Of a stretch of 64,000 nt of DNA, positions 17,922-26,935 are shown piece after piece. The notes below the pieces were generated by a model, which did not search any database, was not told the origin of the DNA, and worked only from the letters and a program-made list of their open reading frames with translations. Position 1 is the stretch's first letter. Each line of letters opens with the position of its first letter. The stretch comes from Minisyncoccota bacterium. Lineage in GTDB: Bacteria > Patescibacteriota > Minisyncoccia > UBA6257 > 2-01-FULL-56-20. Made by a program: the position numbers and the translations under genes. Location of the stretch: positions 320 through 64,319 of the forward strand of contig JANWIW010000036.1 of the NCBI GenBank assembly GCA_025449695.1, in the 5' to 3' direction.

Positions 17922-19310
17922 ATGATGAGGAAACATTCCAAGATACTGTCTATAGCGCTCGCGGCCGTCACGCTCGCCGGCATTGCGCCGGCGGTCGTCT
18001 ATGCCGCGCCGCCTTCACCTGTCGCCACTATCGCCGGCCCGGCGTGCGTGCTTTTCCCCCGTAACCTGACGATGGGCATGCAGGGCGAGGACGTACGCGG
18101 GCTCCAACAGTTCCTAAACTCCCATGGGTTCGCCGTCGCAGCCTCCGGTCCCGGCTCCGCCGGAGCGGAAACCACGCTTTTCGGGGCGAGGACGCGTCAG
18201 GCGCTCGCCGGGTTCCAGCGCGTGAACGGGATCTCGCCCCCCGCCGGATACTTCGGCGCGATCAGCCGGGCCAAAGTGTCTGTGCTCTGCATGGGCGCAT
18301 CGGTCTCCGGCTCCGGGCAGGGCCTCACGACCACGATCACCCCGCTTCCTCCGGCGGCCAAAGCCGGCATAGGCGGCGCGAACGGCGTTGCCTTCACCCC
18401 GACCGTAGTAACTCCGCCGCCTTCCACGGTGGTGACCCCTCCGGCGACAGCAGCGGCGGTCCCGGCAGGCTCCATCGCGCCCCAGAGCGTTGTCGGCGTG
18501 TTGTGCACCTACCGCTGGGGCAATCGCACCCAGCTCATGAAGGGCTCCGGCGTCATCGTGAGCTCGCAAGGCTACGTCCTGACCGCGCGCCATATCGTAG
18601 ACCCGCGCTGGACCTACGATGTCTATCAAAGCACGCTGAACGCTGAACAGCGGGATATGTACATGAACGCCGTCCTTGATCACTGCGAGATCGGCCTGCC
18701 GGAACAGGGTACAGCCTTACCGGGCGGCGGCGACATCCGCCGGCTGAACCCCGGCACGTTGATCACCGGCCATTTCCAGTACCGGGCGGAGCCGTACTTC
18801 CTGCCGGGCCGCAACGGCCTTTCCGCAAGCGAGTACAACACTGCGGATTTCGCCGTACTCAAGGTGAGCGGTCCCGTGCCCAACTGCTCCTCCTGGAACC
18901 GGGAGTGTAACCTGGCGGGCGCCTTCCCTTACACGCCGGTCATGACGACCCCCCTGCCTGCGGCGGCGAGCGATGAGATCTTGAGCTACGGGTACCCCTC
19001 CACGCCGGGCGTGAACGATGCGGCCTCGAACTTCATGGCTTTCTATTTGAAAGGCGCCGTCGGCACGGTAGGAATGTATCTCTCCGGCGACCAGCGCTTC
19101 GCGGGCATGCCCATGAATTTCTCTTTCGATGCCCAAGATATCCATAATGGGCGCTCCGGCTCCCCCATCTTCCATCGCGGCAAGGTGGTGGGCATCCTGT
19201 ACGGGTCTACCTCGAGCCAGCAGTCCTTCAACCTGAGCATGCCGGCCATCATGGCCATACTGAAGGACGCGGGCCTGGACTCCGTGGCGTCATTTTCTCT
19301 GTCATCCTGA
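17922..19310 (+). CDS. secreted trypsin-like (S1 family) serine protease with N-terminal peptidoglycan-binding domain
   Basis: Signal peptide. PG_binding_1-like LTMGMQGEDVRGLQQFLNSHGF...RTRQALAGFQ. Catalytic triad contexts GYVLTARHIV (His), DFAVLKV (Asp), NGRSGSPIF (Ser). Confidence 0.7.
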   Translation: MMRKHSKILSIALAAVTLAGIAPAVVYAAPPSPVATIAGPACVLFPRNLTMGMQGEDVRGLQQFLNSHGFAVAASGPGSAGAETTLFGARTRQALAGFQRVNGISPPAGYFGAISRAKVSVLCMGASVSGSGQGLTTTITPLPPAAKAGIGGANGVAFTPTVVTPPPSTVVTPPATAAAVPAGSIAPQSVVGVLCTYRWGNRTQLMKGSGVIVSSQGYVLTARHIVDPRWTYDVYQSTLNAEQRDMYMNAVLDHCEIGLPEQGTALPGGGDIRRLNPGTLITGHFQYRAEPYFLPGRNGLSASEYNTADFAVLKVSGPVPNCSSWNRECNLAGAFPYTPVMTTPLPAAASDEILSYGYPSTPGVNDAASNFMAFYLKGAVGTVGMYLSGDQRFAGMPMNFSFDAQDIHNGRSGSPIFHRGKVVGILYGSTSSQQSFNLSMPAIMAILKDAGLDSVASFSLSS

Positions 19311-19331
19311 GGTATTCCGAAGGATGACAGC
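19299..19331. repeat. CTGTCATCCTGAG palindromic element, overlapping the stop codon of the protease gene
   Basis: CTGTCATCCT-GAGGTATTCCGA-AGGATGACAG. It encodes the terminal ...LSS-stop. Followed by two more hairpins (19340..19388). Confidence 0.7.
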
Positions 19332-19445
19332 TTTTCGAAGCCCGGTGATTAAGCCGGGATGAAGGCGCCTGTAAGGGCGCCTTTTCGGCGGCGTCATATA
19401 TCACGTACAAAGGTCGTCCAAAGCAACCAAATTGGAAACCCAACA

Positions 19446-20171
19446 ATGAAAAAGATTATTGCGGCGGCGGGCCTTATCGCCGTCATCGCTCTCGCGGTTG
19501 CAGCGCCGGCCAGCGCGGGAACGAACGCTTCCGCGAATGGCAGCGCCCGCACGGCGGTGAGCATCAACCCTGCGGGCAAGGTGCATCTTGCGGGCGCCGT
19601 TACGGCCGTTTCCGCCAGCTCCCTTACGGTAGCGAGCTGGCTCGGCAATTGGACGGTGAACATCGGGGCTGATACCCGCTTGAGCGCCAACACGGACGGC
19701 AAGAACGGGAAAGAGCAGATCGCGATCGGACAGATCCGCGTGGGCGACCGCGTGGCAGTGGACGGAGCGATCGCTTCCGGCATGACGGTGAGCGCCAACT
19801 CGGTGATCGACGTTTCGCTGAACCCGAACGCGCCGAGAAAGATCCTTGCCGGCGTCATCTCGAATCTTAACGCCGCGGCGCGCAGCTTCACGCTGACGCT
19901 CAAGAACGACACCACGGCCACCGTGAACCTGGCTTCCGATGCGAGCCTGCGCATCGGCAAGACCGTCACTACGACCGTAGCGAGCCTTCAGAACGGCATG
20001 CGCGTAAGCGTGTCCGGCGAGTGGAACCAGAGCACCAACACGTTGCTCGGCAAGCAGCTTGTCGGCATCGACGCTGCGACTGCTGCTAAAGTTGAAGCCA
20101 AGCACGATCACGACGGCAAGGCGAACGGCGGCCTGAAGCTCTTGATGAAGAGGCTTCTCGGCTGGCGGTAA
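19446..20171 (+). CDS. secreted DUF5666-like beta-rich protein (paralog of 52..582)
   Basis: Signal peptide MKKIIAAAGLIAVIALAVAAPASA. Repeated VTAVSASSLTV / RVGDRVAVDG segments. Confidence 0.5.
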   Translation: MKKIIAAAGLIAVIALAVAAPASAGTNASANGSARTAVSINPAGKVHLAGAVTAVSASSLTVASWLGNWTVNIGADTRLSANTDGKNGKEQIAIGQIRVGDRVAVDGAIASGMTVSANSVIDVSLNPNAPRKILAGVISNLNAAARSFTLTLKNDTTATVNLASDASLRIGKTVTTTVASLQNGMRVSVSGEWNQSTNTLLGKQLVGIDAATAAKVEAKHDHDGKANGGLKLLMKRLLGWR

Positions 20172-20183
20172 CTGCCTCCCAAC

Positions 20184-20222
20184 GGACCAAAAACGCGCCC
20201 TGTTAGGGGGCGTTTTTGGTCC
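20184..20222. terminator. bidirectional intrinsic terminator
   Basis: GGACCAAAAACGCGCCC-TGTTA-GGGGGCGTTTTTGGTCC. Confidence 0.65.
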
Positions 20223-20308
20223 GTTCGCCGCGCTCACTTATTCACTTGCAGACGCGGACAATGCGTTATAACGTCAAAATAGATATTCGACGAAGGAGGA
20301 TAGTCCGG

Positions 20309-20734
20309 ATGAGAAAGCTCTACGTGCTGTGTGCCCTTCTCTGTGCCTGTTCCTTGCCCGCGCTCGCTGACAATCCCTCTCCCAAGCCCGTCCCTGCCAT
20401 GCGCTGCGCCCTCGGTACGCAGATCTGGCAGATCGAATGCGACGGGTTGAACGTGATCCCGGAGGTGCCGACCTGGCGAACTTACACTTCCAAAGACGGC
20501 GCCCTCGATCGCAAGGAGGGGAGGTTCGCCCGCCTGTCCATCGCCGGCGGATGGACGGTCGTCGAGATGTGGATCAGCGACCGCGCCGGCAATGTCATGG
20601 TCTTGCGCAATCAGCTGCGCCAGCGCGACGGGGTCCTCCAGCATCAAAAACATCCCGTGCCCGAAGAACACTGGTACGCGGACGGCAGGCACGTCATCTG
20701 CCCCTGTCCGGTCCCGGCAGTTGCCGAACACTGA
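20309..20734 (+). CDS. secreted hypothetical protein, possibly a lipoprotein
   Basis: GGAGGA SD. Signal peptide MRKLYVLCALLCACSLPALA with Cys near the cleavage region. Cys-rich C-terminus. Confidence 0.45.
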   Translation: MRKLYVLCALLCACSLPALADNPSPKPVPAMRCALGTQIWQIECDGLNVIPEVPTWRTYTSKDGALDRKEGRFARLSIAGGWTVVEMWISDRAGNVMVLRNQLRQRDGVLQHQKHPVPEEHWYADGRHVICPCPVPAVAEH

Positions 20735-20895
20735 GGGCGGGATGCCACTCGAACCAGGCGGCCATGTATTGGCCGCCTGAGATTTTTGGGAAAACAGGTT
20801 TCGCTGCAGGGTGTCTAGGATATACAAAACCGTACGGATCTGCAGATCACATTTTAATCTTGCGAATGCACTGGCGACCTGAGAGCAGTCATCTC

Positions 20896-21567
20896 TTACG
20901 GATCATTCCTGCCGTCGCCAGTGATGGGTATCTGCTCTCCCAAATATTTCGGCCTCCGTCCTCCTATCAGGTCAAGGACCGCCTTCTCGTCCGCGAACGT
21001 CTCGCGGATGTAGTTGCGGAACAGCACGTGGCCCCTATCGGCGGCCACCCCGGAGGCGTCTATACCAAGCTGGCGGGCGATAAAAACGGCGCGAGGCAGG
21101 TGGAACGACTGGGTGGTGACAAGTACCGAGGTGGCCTGGAAGATAGCGCGGGCGCGATACATGGTGCTGTAGGTGTCGAACCCCGCATGATCCAGGAAGA
21201 TATCACGGTCCGGGATGCCGCTCTCGAGAAGATACGTGCGGACGGGATTGACCTCATTGTGGCTCACGGTGCTGTTGTCGCCGGAGACAAGGATCTTCGA
21301 GACCTTCCCGGCCTTGTACAGCCGGATCGCCGCATCCGCGCGGTCCCGGAATATCCCGGAGAGCCCGCCGTTCCTCAGGATGGCGGCGCCGGGGATTATA
21401 GCTGCCTGGGCGGCCGGGGCTTCCGCGGCGCCGCTGTATATGTACGGCATGGTCCCGACCGCGATGACCGCGTTCGTGATGAGGATGAAAAGAACTACCG
21501 CTCCGCACCCGAATACGAGACAAAGAAGAAGGCGCTTCATTGCCATAAGTATAGCTTCCATGCTCAC
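20896..21567 (-). CDS. SanA/YdcF (DUF218) family protein
   Basis: N-terminal TM helix, then ILVSGDNSTVSHNEVNPVRTYLLESGIPDRDIFLDHAGFDTYSTMYRA, typical of DUF218/SanA. Confidence 0.7.
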   Translation of the reverse strand: MSMEAILMAMKRLLLCLVFGCGAVVLFILITNAVIAVGTMPYIYSGAAEAPAAQAAIIPGAAILRNGGLSGIFRDRADAAIRLYKAGKVSKILVSGDNSTVSHNEVNPVRTYLLESGIPDRDIFLDHAGFDTYSTMYRARAIFQATSVLVTTQSFHLPRAVFIARQLGIDASGVAADRGHVLFRNYIRETFADEKAVLDLIGGRRPKYLGEQIPITGDGRNDP

Positions 21568-21618
21568 GGTTACGCACTACTCTTCACAATCCTCCTTTCC
21601 TAAGGTTCAATTGAGCCA

Positions 21619-23136
21619 ATGCGCCCATTCCGGTTTTTTGCACTTTCACGTTTCGATCTCATCGCCTTCATAAGCGGCGCGGCGGTCATGGTCCTGGAAC
21701 TCGTCGGCTCGCGCCTGCTCGCCCCGTACGTGGGAACCTCGCTGCCGGTCTGGACCGCGCTCATCGGCATGATCCTCGCCAGCCTGAGCGTTGGCTACGC
21801 GATCGGCGGCCGGGCAGCCGACGCCCACCCGGAGCCTTCAGGCCTCGCATGGATCCTGGGATTTGCAAGCATCACCCTCCTCGGCATCGCCGCTTTCACG
21901 GACGTGGTCCTCGCGTGGATATTGAATTTCATCCCCGACCTGCGGGCAGCCGCGGTCATCGCCTCCGCGCTGCTTTTCAGCGTCCCGAGCATCCTCTTCG
22001 GCATGATCACGCCGTATATGGTACGTCTGAAGTTCGAGGCTCCGGAAAAGGTAGGCAAGACCACGGGCAACCTGTATGCCCTTTCCACGGTAGGCAGCAT
22101 CGCCGGCACGTTCGCGAGCGGCTTCTTCTTGATCCCCTATTTCGGCTCGCGTACGCTCATCATCATTCTGGGGTTCTGCGTCGCCTGCCTCATCTCTCTC
22201 ATTGACCCCAGGCGATACTGGAAAATCACCGCAGGCCTCTGCAGCCTGGCTGTTCTCGCCTACCTCGCCGTCACCGCGTTCTCCGCGATAGCGGCGGGAG
22301 CGGGCTTCGTCGAGCTCGATACCGGCTATAACCACGTCCGCATCATAAAGATGGAAGATGCGGCGACCGGGCGGCCCATTACGGTACTCCAGATGGGCAC
22401 GGAGACACATTCGGCCTCGTTCGAGGACAGCGACGAACCCGTGTTCCCCTACATAAGGTTCTATCGTCTGATCCGGCATTTGAACCCGGAAACGCAGAGG
22501 GCGCTCATGATAGGAGGAGGCGCATTTACGTACCCCCGGGACTACGCGGCCATGTTCCCCGAAGCGACGATGGATATCGTCGAGATCGACCCGGCGTTGC
22601 CCAAGCTCGCGGAGCAGTATTTCAGATTCTCGCCTTCGCCGCGACTACGGACCATCGCGGAGGATGGCCGCACCTTCGTGAACCGGGATCACGAGCCGTA
22701 TGACGCCATCTTCATAGACGCGTTCTCCTCGTACAATATCCCCTTCCACCTCACGACTCGTGAAGCAGTGGAGCGCTTCAGTCATCTCCTTGCTCCCGAA
22801 GGCGCGGTGCTCATGAACATCATCTCGCCGCTTGAAGGTCCGGAGACCAGGCTGCTCTCCGCGATCCACGCGACCTACCGTGCGGTGTTCCCCTACGTGT
22901 ATCTCTTCCAGGTCGAACCCCATAGCCCCCGGTCCCCGCAGAACCTCATGCTCGTGGCCATGGGGAAGGAGATCCCGCCGGCCAGGCTGGATACCTCGCT
23001 TGAGATATCGGATATGCTCGCCCTTCTTTACAAGCGCGATCTGGAAAGCGAGGTGCCCCCGCTCACCGACGACTTCGCGCCCGTCGAACAGTATGCGGCG
23101 GAGATCACCTCTTTGCGCAGGCGGTCGCCTTTTTGA
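21619..23136 (+). CDS. membrane-anchored spermidine/spermine synthase-family protein (fused polytopic N-domain plus aminopropyltransferase-like domain)
   Basis: N-terminal 7-8 TM region, then a Rossmann-type MIGGGAFTYPRD...IVEIDPAL...DAIFIDAFS motif as in spermidine synthase-like methyltransferase folds. Confidence 0.7.
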   Translation: MRPFRFFALSRFDLIAFISGAAVMVLELVGSRLLAPYVGTSLPVWTALIGMILASLSVGYAIGGRAADAHPEPSGLAWILGFASITLLGIAAFTDVVLAWILNFIPDLRAAAVIASALLFSVPSILFGMITPYMVRLKFEAPEKVGKTTGNLYALSTVGSIAGTFASGFFLIPYFGSRTLIIILGFCVACLISLIDPRRYWKITAGLCSLAVLAYLAVTAFSAIAAGAGFVELDTGYNHVRIIKMEDAATGRPITVLQMGTETHSASFEDSDEPVFPYIRFYRLIRHLNPETQRALMIGGGAFTYPRDYAAMFPEATMDIVEIDPALPKLAEQYFRFSPSPRLRTIAEDGRTFVNRDHEPYDAIFIDAFSSYNIPFHLTTREAVERFSHLLAPEGAVLMNIISPLEGPETRLLSAIHATYRAVFPYVYLFQVEPHSPRSPQNLMLVAMGKEIPPARLDTSLEISDMLALLYKRDLESEVPPLTDDFAPVEQYAAEITSLRRRSPF

Positions 23137-23230
23137 GGCGGTTTGGCGCGCTCATCTCCTAAGCCCATTACCTTATAACGGCCTTAGGGGACGGGGCAGA
23201 GGCAGTAAGGGCTGCGTACCCGTCTATATG

Positions 23231-23710
23231 TTACCTGCGGACGCGGAAAGCGAACCGGTACTCCGGGTCCAGCGCGTTCGGCGAACAGCGGGTATGAGTG
23301 GCCATGACGCTCCGAAAACCGGTGGCCGCATGCTGCACGCAGTACGCCTGCCAGAGCAGATGCGGGTCGACCGGATCCATGACGAAGCTCATGAAGGAAT
23401 GTCCGGTGGCCGTGAGCGCATGGTACTCGGCGATAGTGATGGCCGCGTTCCAGACGTGATCGATCTGCCGGTCGTTACACAGCCACTCAATCCACTCCAG
23501 GCCGGACAGTGCATTGGTGAAGGGATCCACAGCCAACTCGACGGGCTGGCCGTCCGCCGGGAGGACGCATCGCCCGAACTTGCTCTCGAAGGTGGAACAC
23601 ATCCTCCATCCTTTGAAGGCCACTGCACCGTGGAAGTCGCGCTCGGGAGTCACGGTAACCGTCTCATAGTGCTCCGCAGGCTGGACGAGAAGAGTGGTGA
23701 TCGATTTCAT
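23231..23710 (-). CDS. hypothetical protein (160 aa)
   Basis: GGAGGAG SD before MKSITT. No recognisable motif. Divergent from the first TrmB-like gene. Confidence 0.4.
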   Translation of the reverse strand: MKSITTLLVQPAEHYETVTVTPERDFHGAVAFKGWRMCSTFESKFGRCVLPADGQPVELAVDPFTNALSGLEWIEWLCNDRQIDHVWNAAITIAEYHALTATGHSFMSFVMDPVDPHLLWQAYCVQHAATGFRSVMATHTRCSPNALDPEYRFAFRVRR

Positions 23711-23900
23711 GAACTCCTCCATTGTTACGGGCAGGATTGCCCTTTTCTCTCGTCCCCTCGGACGAAACTGAGGATAAGATATCACCATTGGTTTAAATTG
23801 TCAATATTATATGACGCTTTTTAGCCTGAAAATAAAGTGTAAGAATGGATTCTGTGGAATTTAATTGACACAATTAAGACAAGGGTGTACTCTTCTCTAC

Positions 23901-24683
23901 ATGAGCCAACCATCTCGCGCGCTGAGGGCCTTGATGAACATGGGGTTCTCCGACCGGGAGGCATCGGTGTACCTGGCGCTCCTGGGGTTGGGCAAAGGTA
24001 CGGTTTCGGAAATAGCGAGGAGGGCCGCCATCAACCGGACCACAGGGTACGATATCCTCGATAGCCTGGTGGGCAAGGGCCTGGCCACCATCTCCGGCAA
24101 AGAACCGAAACAGGAATACGCGGCCGAATCCCCGGAAAAGATAAGGCGCTTCCTTGAATCACAACGGGACAAAGCTCAGGAAGCCCTTGCGGGAGCCGAA
24201 GAGATCATCCCCGAACTCAGATCTCTTTACAGCGTGAGGAGCAGGCCGCAGATACGGTTCTACGAGGGTAAAGAGGGCATGAAGGACGTCTATGAGGATA
24301 CCCTTTCCGCGGGCGAGGCCATCCGGGCATACGCCAACGTCGATGATATGCATAAAGCGCTGCCGGATTACTTCCCCCGGTACTACAAGCGCCGCTCCGA
24401 GAAAGGGATAAAAGTGCGGGCTATCGTTCCCGCGAACGCTGCGGGTATCGAGCGGGCCGGCCATGATACCGAGGAATCCCGGGAGACCGCGCTCGTCCCC
24501 GCGGACCAGTATTACTTCTCTCCCGAGATCAATATCTACGACAATAAGGTAGTGATCGCCTCCTGGCGGGAAAAACTGGGCATCATCATCGAAAGCGCGG
24601 AAATCGCCGACGCCATGAAAAAGATCTACGAGCTTGCCTGGACCGGAGCGAAAAACCTGGATGGTTCCGGACTCGGCGCCTGA
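23901..24683 (+). CDS. TrmB-family transcriptional regulator (paralog 1 of 3)
   Basis: N-terminal winged HTH (EASVYLALLGLGKGTVSEIARRAAINRTTGYDILDSLVGKGLA). C-terminal TrmB_C-like domain with R-F-YEGKEG. Confidence 0.7.
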   Translation: MSQPSRALRALMNMGFSDREASVYLALLGLGKGTVSEIARRAAINRTTGYDILDSLVGKGLATISGKEPKQEYAAESPEKIRRFLESQRDKAQEALAGAEEIIPELRSLYSVRSRPQIRFYEGKEGMKDVYEDTLSAGEAIRAYANVDDMHKALPDYFPRYYKRRSEKGIKVRAIVPANAAGIERAGHDTEESRETALVPADQYYFSPEINIYDNKVVIASWREKLGIIIESAEIADAMKKIYELAWTGAKNLDGSGLGA

Positions 24684-24788
24684 GCAGAAGCGTACCGGTC
24701 TCCGGCGCCGGGGACGCCCTCAAGGATGACGACTTGAGTACCTGGCGCATGGCCTTTTTTTGCGCCGTGCGCCTGCTATAATCCCGGC

Positions 24789-25772
24789 ATGGGAGCAAAG
24801 CACGAATCGCTCGATTATCCCGAGGGCTTGGAACCGGTCCCGCTGGACAAGAGAGAGGTTATGGGATCGACCCTCGATCGTCTTCTCACCAAGAATCAGG
24901 GCGTTATCTTCGCGGCGAGCGGGCGCACCGAGCGCATCCTCCGCAAGGAAGCCGTCGACCCGCTCGAGTTCACTGACGTTTTTCTTCCGGAAGAGATATC
25001 TGCGGACATGAGACAGACGACCCTCAAGGAGGCCGGTTTCAAGGTTGTTGCCGGTCCGCAGCTGCTCATGGAGAAATTGGCTTTCGCCGCTGAGGGCCTG
25101 CTCTATCACCAGATAGGCGTTGCGGACTGGCTTTCCAGCGAAGGCGTGCGGACCTATGTAGAAAAAGCCTCTAAGCCCGACGATATTCTGCGCGGGAACG
25201 ACCTGGTCGTGGAGTTCGACATGGGCGGAGACAAAGAGCCGCTGGCGCTGAGCGTCGACCTCGCGGTCGGCCCGGACGCTTTTCGCAAGAAGATAGGGCA
25301 CATCCGGGAGAAGATCGATGCAGGGACCCTGACCGAGGTCCGGTATCATATCGGCCCGGACGGCGCCCACAATCCCCTTTCCCGTACCCCGAAAGTGGTC
25401 GTAGGCATGTCCCCCGAGAAAGCCGTGGCCGTTTCCCGGCTATGGACCAGCGAGGACAAGAATGATACGGCCAGACTGAAGGAACATCCGATCCAAGTTG
25501 CGATCGTCAGGCAAATCGACCTGCAGCTCAAGGCGTACGAGCAGTACGCGCGCGCCAAAGGCAAGACTGAGCTTGCGGAGCGTTTCGCAAGAGCGGGCGC
25601 CGCTGTCGGGAAGATATTGAAGGAGAAGGAATCGAAGCTCAAGGACGACCCAACGGCCGCGGCCGGGGATACCGTTGCCCAGATCCGCCTGGCCCTTACA
25701 GAGCTCTCTCCGGCCAAGACCGGCGACCGGCCATACGAGACCAACGTCAGGGCGAACCGCTGGCACGTCTGA
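24789..25772 (+). CDS. hypothetical protein (327 aa)
   Basis: GC-rich ORF downstream of the TrmB paralog. No recognisable motif. Confidence 0.45.
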   Translation: MGAKHESLDYPEGLEPVPLDKREVMGSTLDRLLTKNQGVIFAASGRTERILRKEAVDPLEFTDVFLPEEISADMRQTTLKEAGFKVVAGPQLLMEKLAFAAEGLLYHQIGVADWLSSEGVRTYVEKASKPDDILRGNDLVVEFDMGGDKEPLALSVDLAVGPDAFRKKIGHIREKIDAGTLTEVRYHIGPDGAHNPLSRTPKVVVGMSPEKAVAVSRLWTSEDKNDTARLKEHPIQVAIVRQIDLQLKAYEQYARAKGKTELAERFARAGAAVGKILKEKESKLKDDPTAAAGDTVAQIRLALTELSPAKTGDRPYETNVRANRWHV

Positions 25773-25863
25773 CGGCGGAACTGCCTGGCCTGCTTCGTAT
25801 ATGGAGTATCGCCCCTCGAAGAAAGGAGGTGCGGTCAATTCCAGTTTTTAGTTTTCCAGCAAC

Positions 25864-26106
25864 CTAAATACTGTCGTAAGTTTTCTCGCTGCGGCGCTCG
25901 ATAAGCAGGATGAGAACCGCTCCCTCTTTCGCGCGGTACACGATTCGCAGATCTCCCTTTCTAACCCGGAAAATGTCGTCTCTACCTTGGAGCTTTTTGA
26001 TATCCAATCCCTGCAACTTACCCGCTGCCAGTTTAGTAAGCACGTCTTTAACGCGGCTTCTTTCCTTGGAGGTAAGCTTCTGTAAGGCTTTCTCGATTGC
26101 GTCCAT
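25864..26106 (-). CDS. type II toxin, RelE/ParE family
   Basis: 80 aa. ...IFRVRKGDLRIVYRAKEGAVLILLIERRSE... is the RelE/ParE C-terminal signature. Starts 1 nt after the upstream antitoxin ORF. Confidence 0.75.
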   Translation of the reverse strand: MDAIEKALQKLTSKERSRVKDVLTKLAAGKLQGLDIKKLQGRDDIFRVRKGDLRIVYRAKEGAVLILLIERRSEKTYDSI

Positions 26107-26328
26107 TTAAAGACGGCTGATCAGATCGGCGATTGCAGCGCCCCCCTTCTTGATCTTCGTAAAATCAATGACCGGCTGCCAGAGATCATCCTCATCTGGA
26201 GAAGAAATCTTGAATACTGGCTTGGACTTCTTCATGACAATAAAAGAGCCGCCTTCCTTGATCTTTTCAATGTAAGTCTCGATGTTTTCCCGCAACTCTT
26301 TAAGTCCGATGGTGTGGAGGTTTTTCAT
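26107..26328 (-). CDS. type II antitoxin (Phd/YefM-like)
   Basis: 73 aa. Abuts the toxin. MKNLHTIGLKELRENIETYIEKIKEGGSFIVMKKSKPVFKI resembles the YefM/Phd fold. Confidence 0.6.
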   Translation of the reverse strand: MKNLHTIGLKELRENIETYIEKIKEGGSFIVMKKSKPVFKISSPDEDDLWQPVIDFTKIKKGGAAIADLISRL

Positions 26329-26335
26329 GTCGGTA

Positions 26336-26364
26336 AGTTTAACTTAAGATAAACTTGATGTCAA
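26336..26364 (-). promoter_or_regulatory. sigma70-like promoter of the toxin-antitoxin operon (TTGACA-17-TAAACT), near-leaderless
   Basis: Minus-sense aaaaacTTGACAtcaagtttatcttaagtTAAACTtaccgacATG. Dyad symmetry around the -10 box may be the antitoxin operator. Confidence 0.4.
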
Positions 26365-26374
26365 GTTTTTATCA

Positions 26375-26397
26375 AACAAATATAGGGTCAGGAATAC
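26375..26397 (+). repeat. 23-bp direct repeat, copy 1 (GGGTCAGGAATACGCTCGTATAA)
   Basis: Perfect match to 26772..26794. The two copies bracket the GIY-YIG gene. Confidence 0.9.
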
Positions 26398-26415
26398 GCT
26401 CGTATAAGAGTGTTT

Positions 26416-26688
26416 TCAGCTGTGCTTATAACCTAATTCTTCAAAGCATTCCTCTAGCTGCACCTTCAACTCTGACTTTCCTTTGCCACCCTTCAAGAAT
26501 TTCTCCCGGCGCTTAGCGTCTATTTCGGAGAGGTATGATTCGTAATAGACTAATCTCACTGGACGCCGATTCCTAGTGGCAAGAACATAGCCATTTTTGT
26601 GTTTCTCGATACGGACCTTAAGATCCGGCGTGTAGCCGGTGTAAAGTTCGCCATCCTTCTCGCTAAATAAGATGTACACATAGTACAT
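26416..26688 (-). CDS. GIY-YIG nuclease family protein (YhbQ/UPF0213-like), second copy
   Basis: MYYVYILFSEKDGELYTGYTPDLKVRIEKHKNG is a canonical GIY-YIG N-terminus. Confidence 0.75.
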   Translation of the reverse strand: MYYVYILFSEKDGELYTGYTPDLKVRIEKHKNGYVLATRNRRPVRLVYYESYLSEIDAKRREKFLKGGKGKSELKVQLEECFEELGYKHS

Positions 26689-26771
26689 TGGCCCAGCTTA
26701 ACTGTTTTATATCAATACTATCTAAATTGCTTGGGTGGTCAGCTTAGCTGACCATAACCCACGCTAAGCGT

Positions 26772-26794
26772 GGGTCAGGAATACGCTCGTATAA
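26772..26794 (+). repeat. 23-bp direct repeat, copy 2
   Basis: Identical to 26375..26397. Preceded by two GC hairpins (GGTCAGCTTAGCTGACC and CCCACGCTAAGCGTGGG). Confidence 0.9.
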
Positions 26795-26935
26795 TAACCA
26801 TCCTGTCCGATTCGGCTTATATGGAGGACCTGCGGCAGAAGATGGCGAATGTGCTCGCTGCCTGAAAATGTCGGTTCTGTCGAAAATGACAGACCCCACG
26901 TGAACGTGAAGTCCGTCGTGGGGTAATAGTTACAG

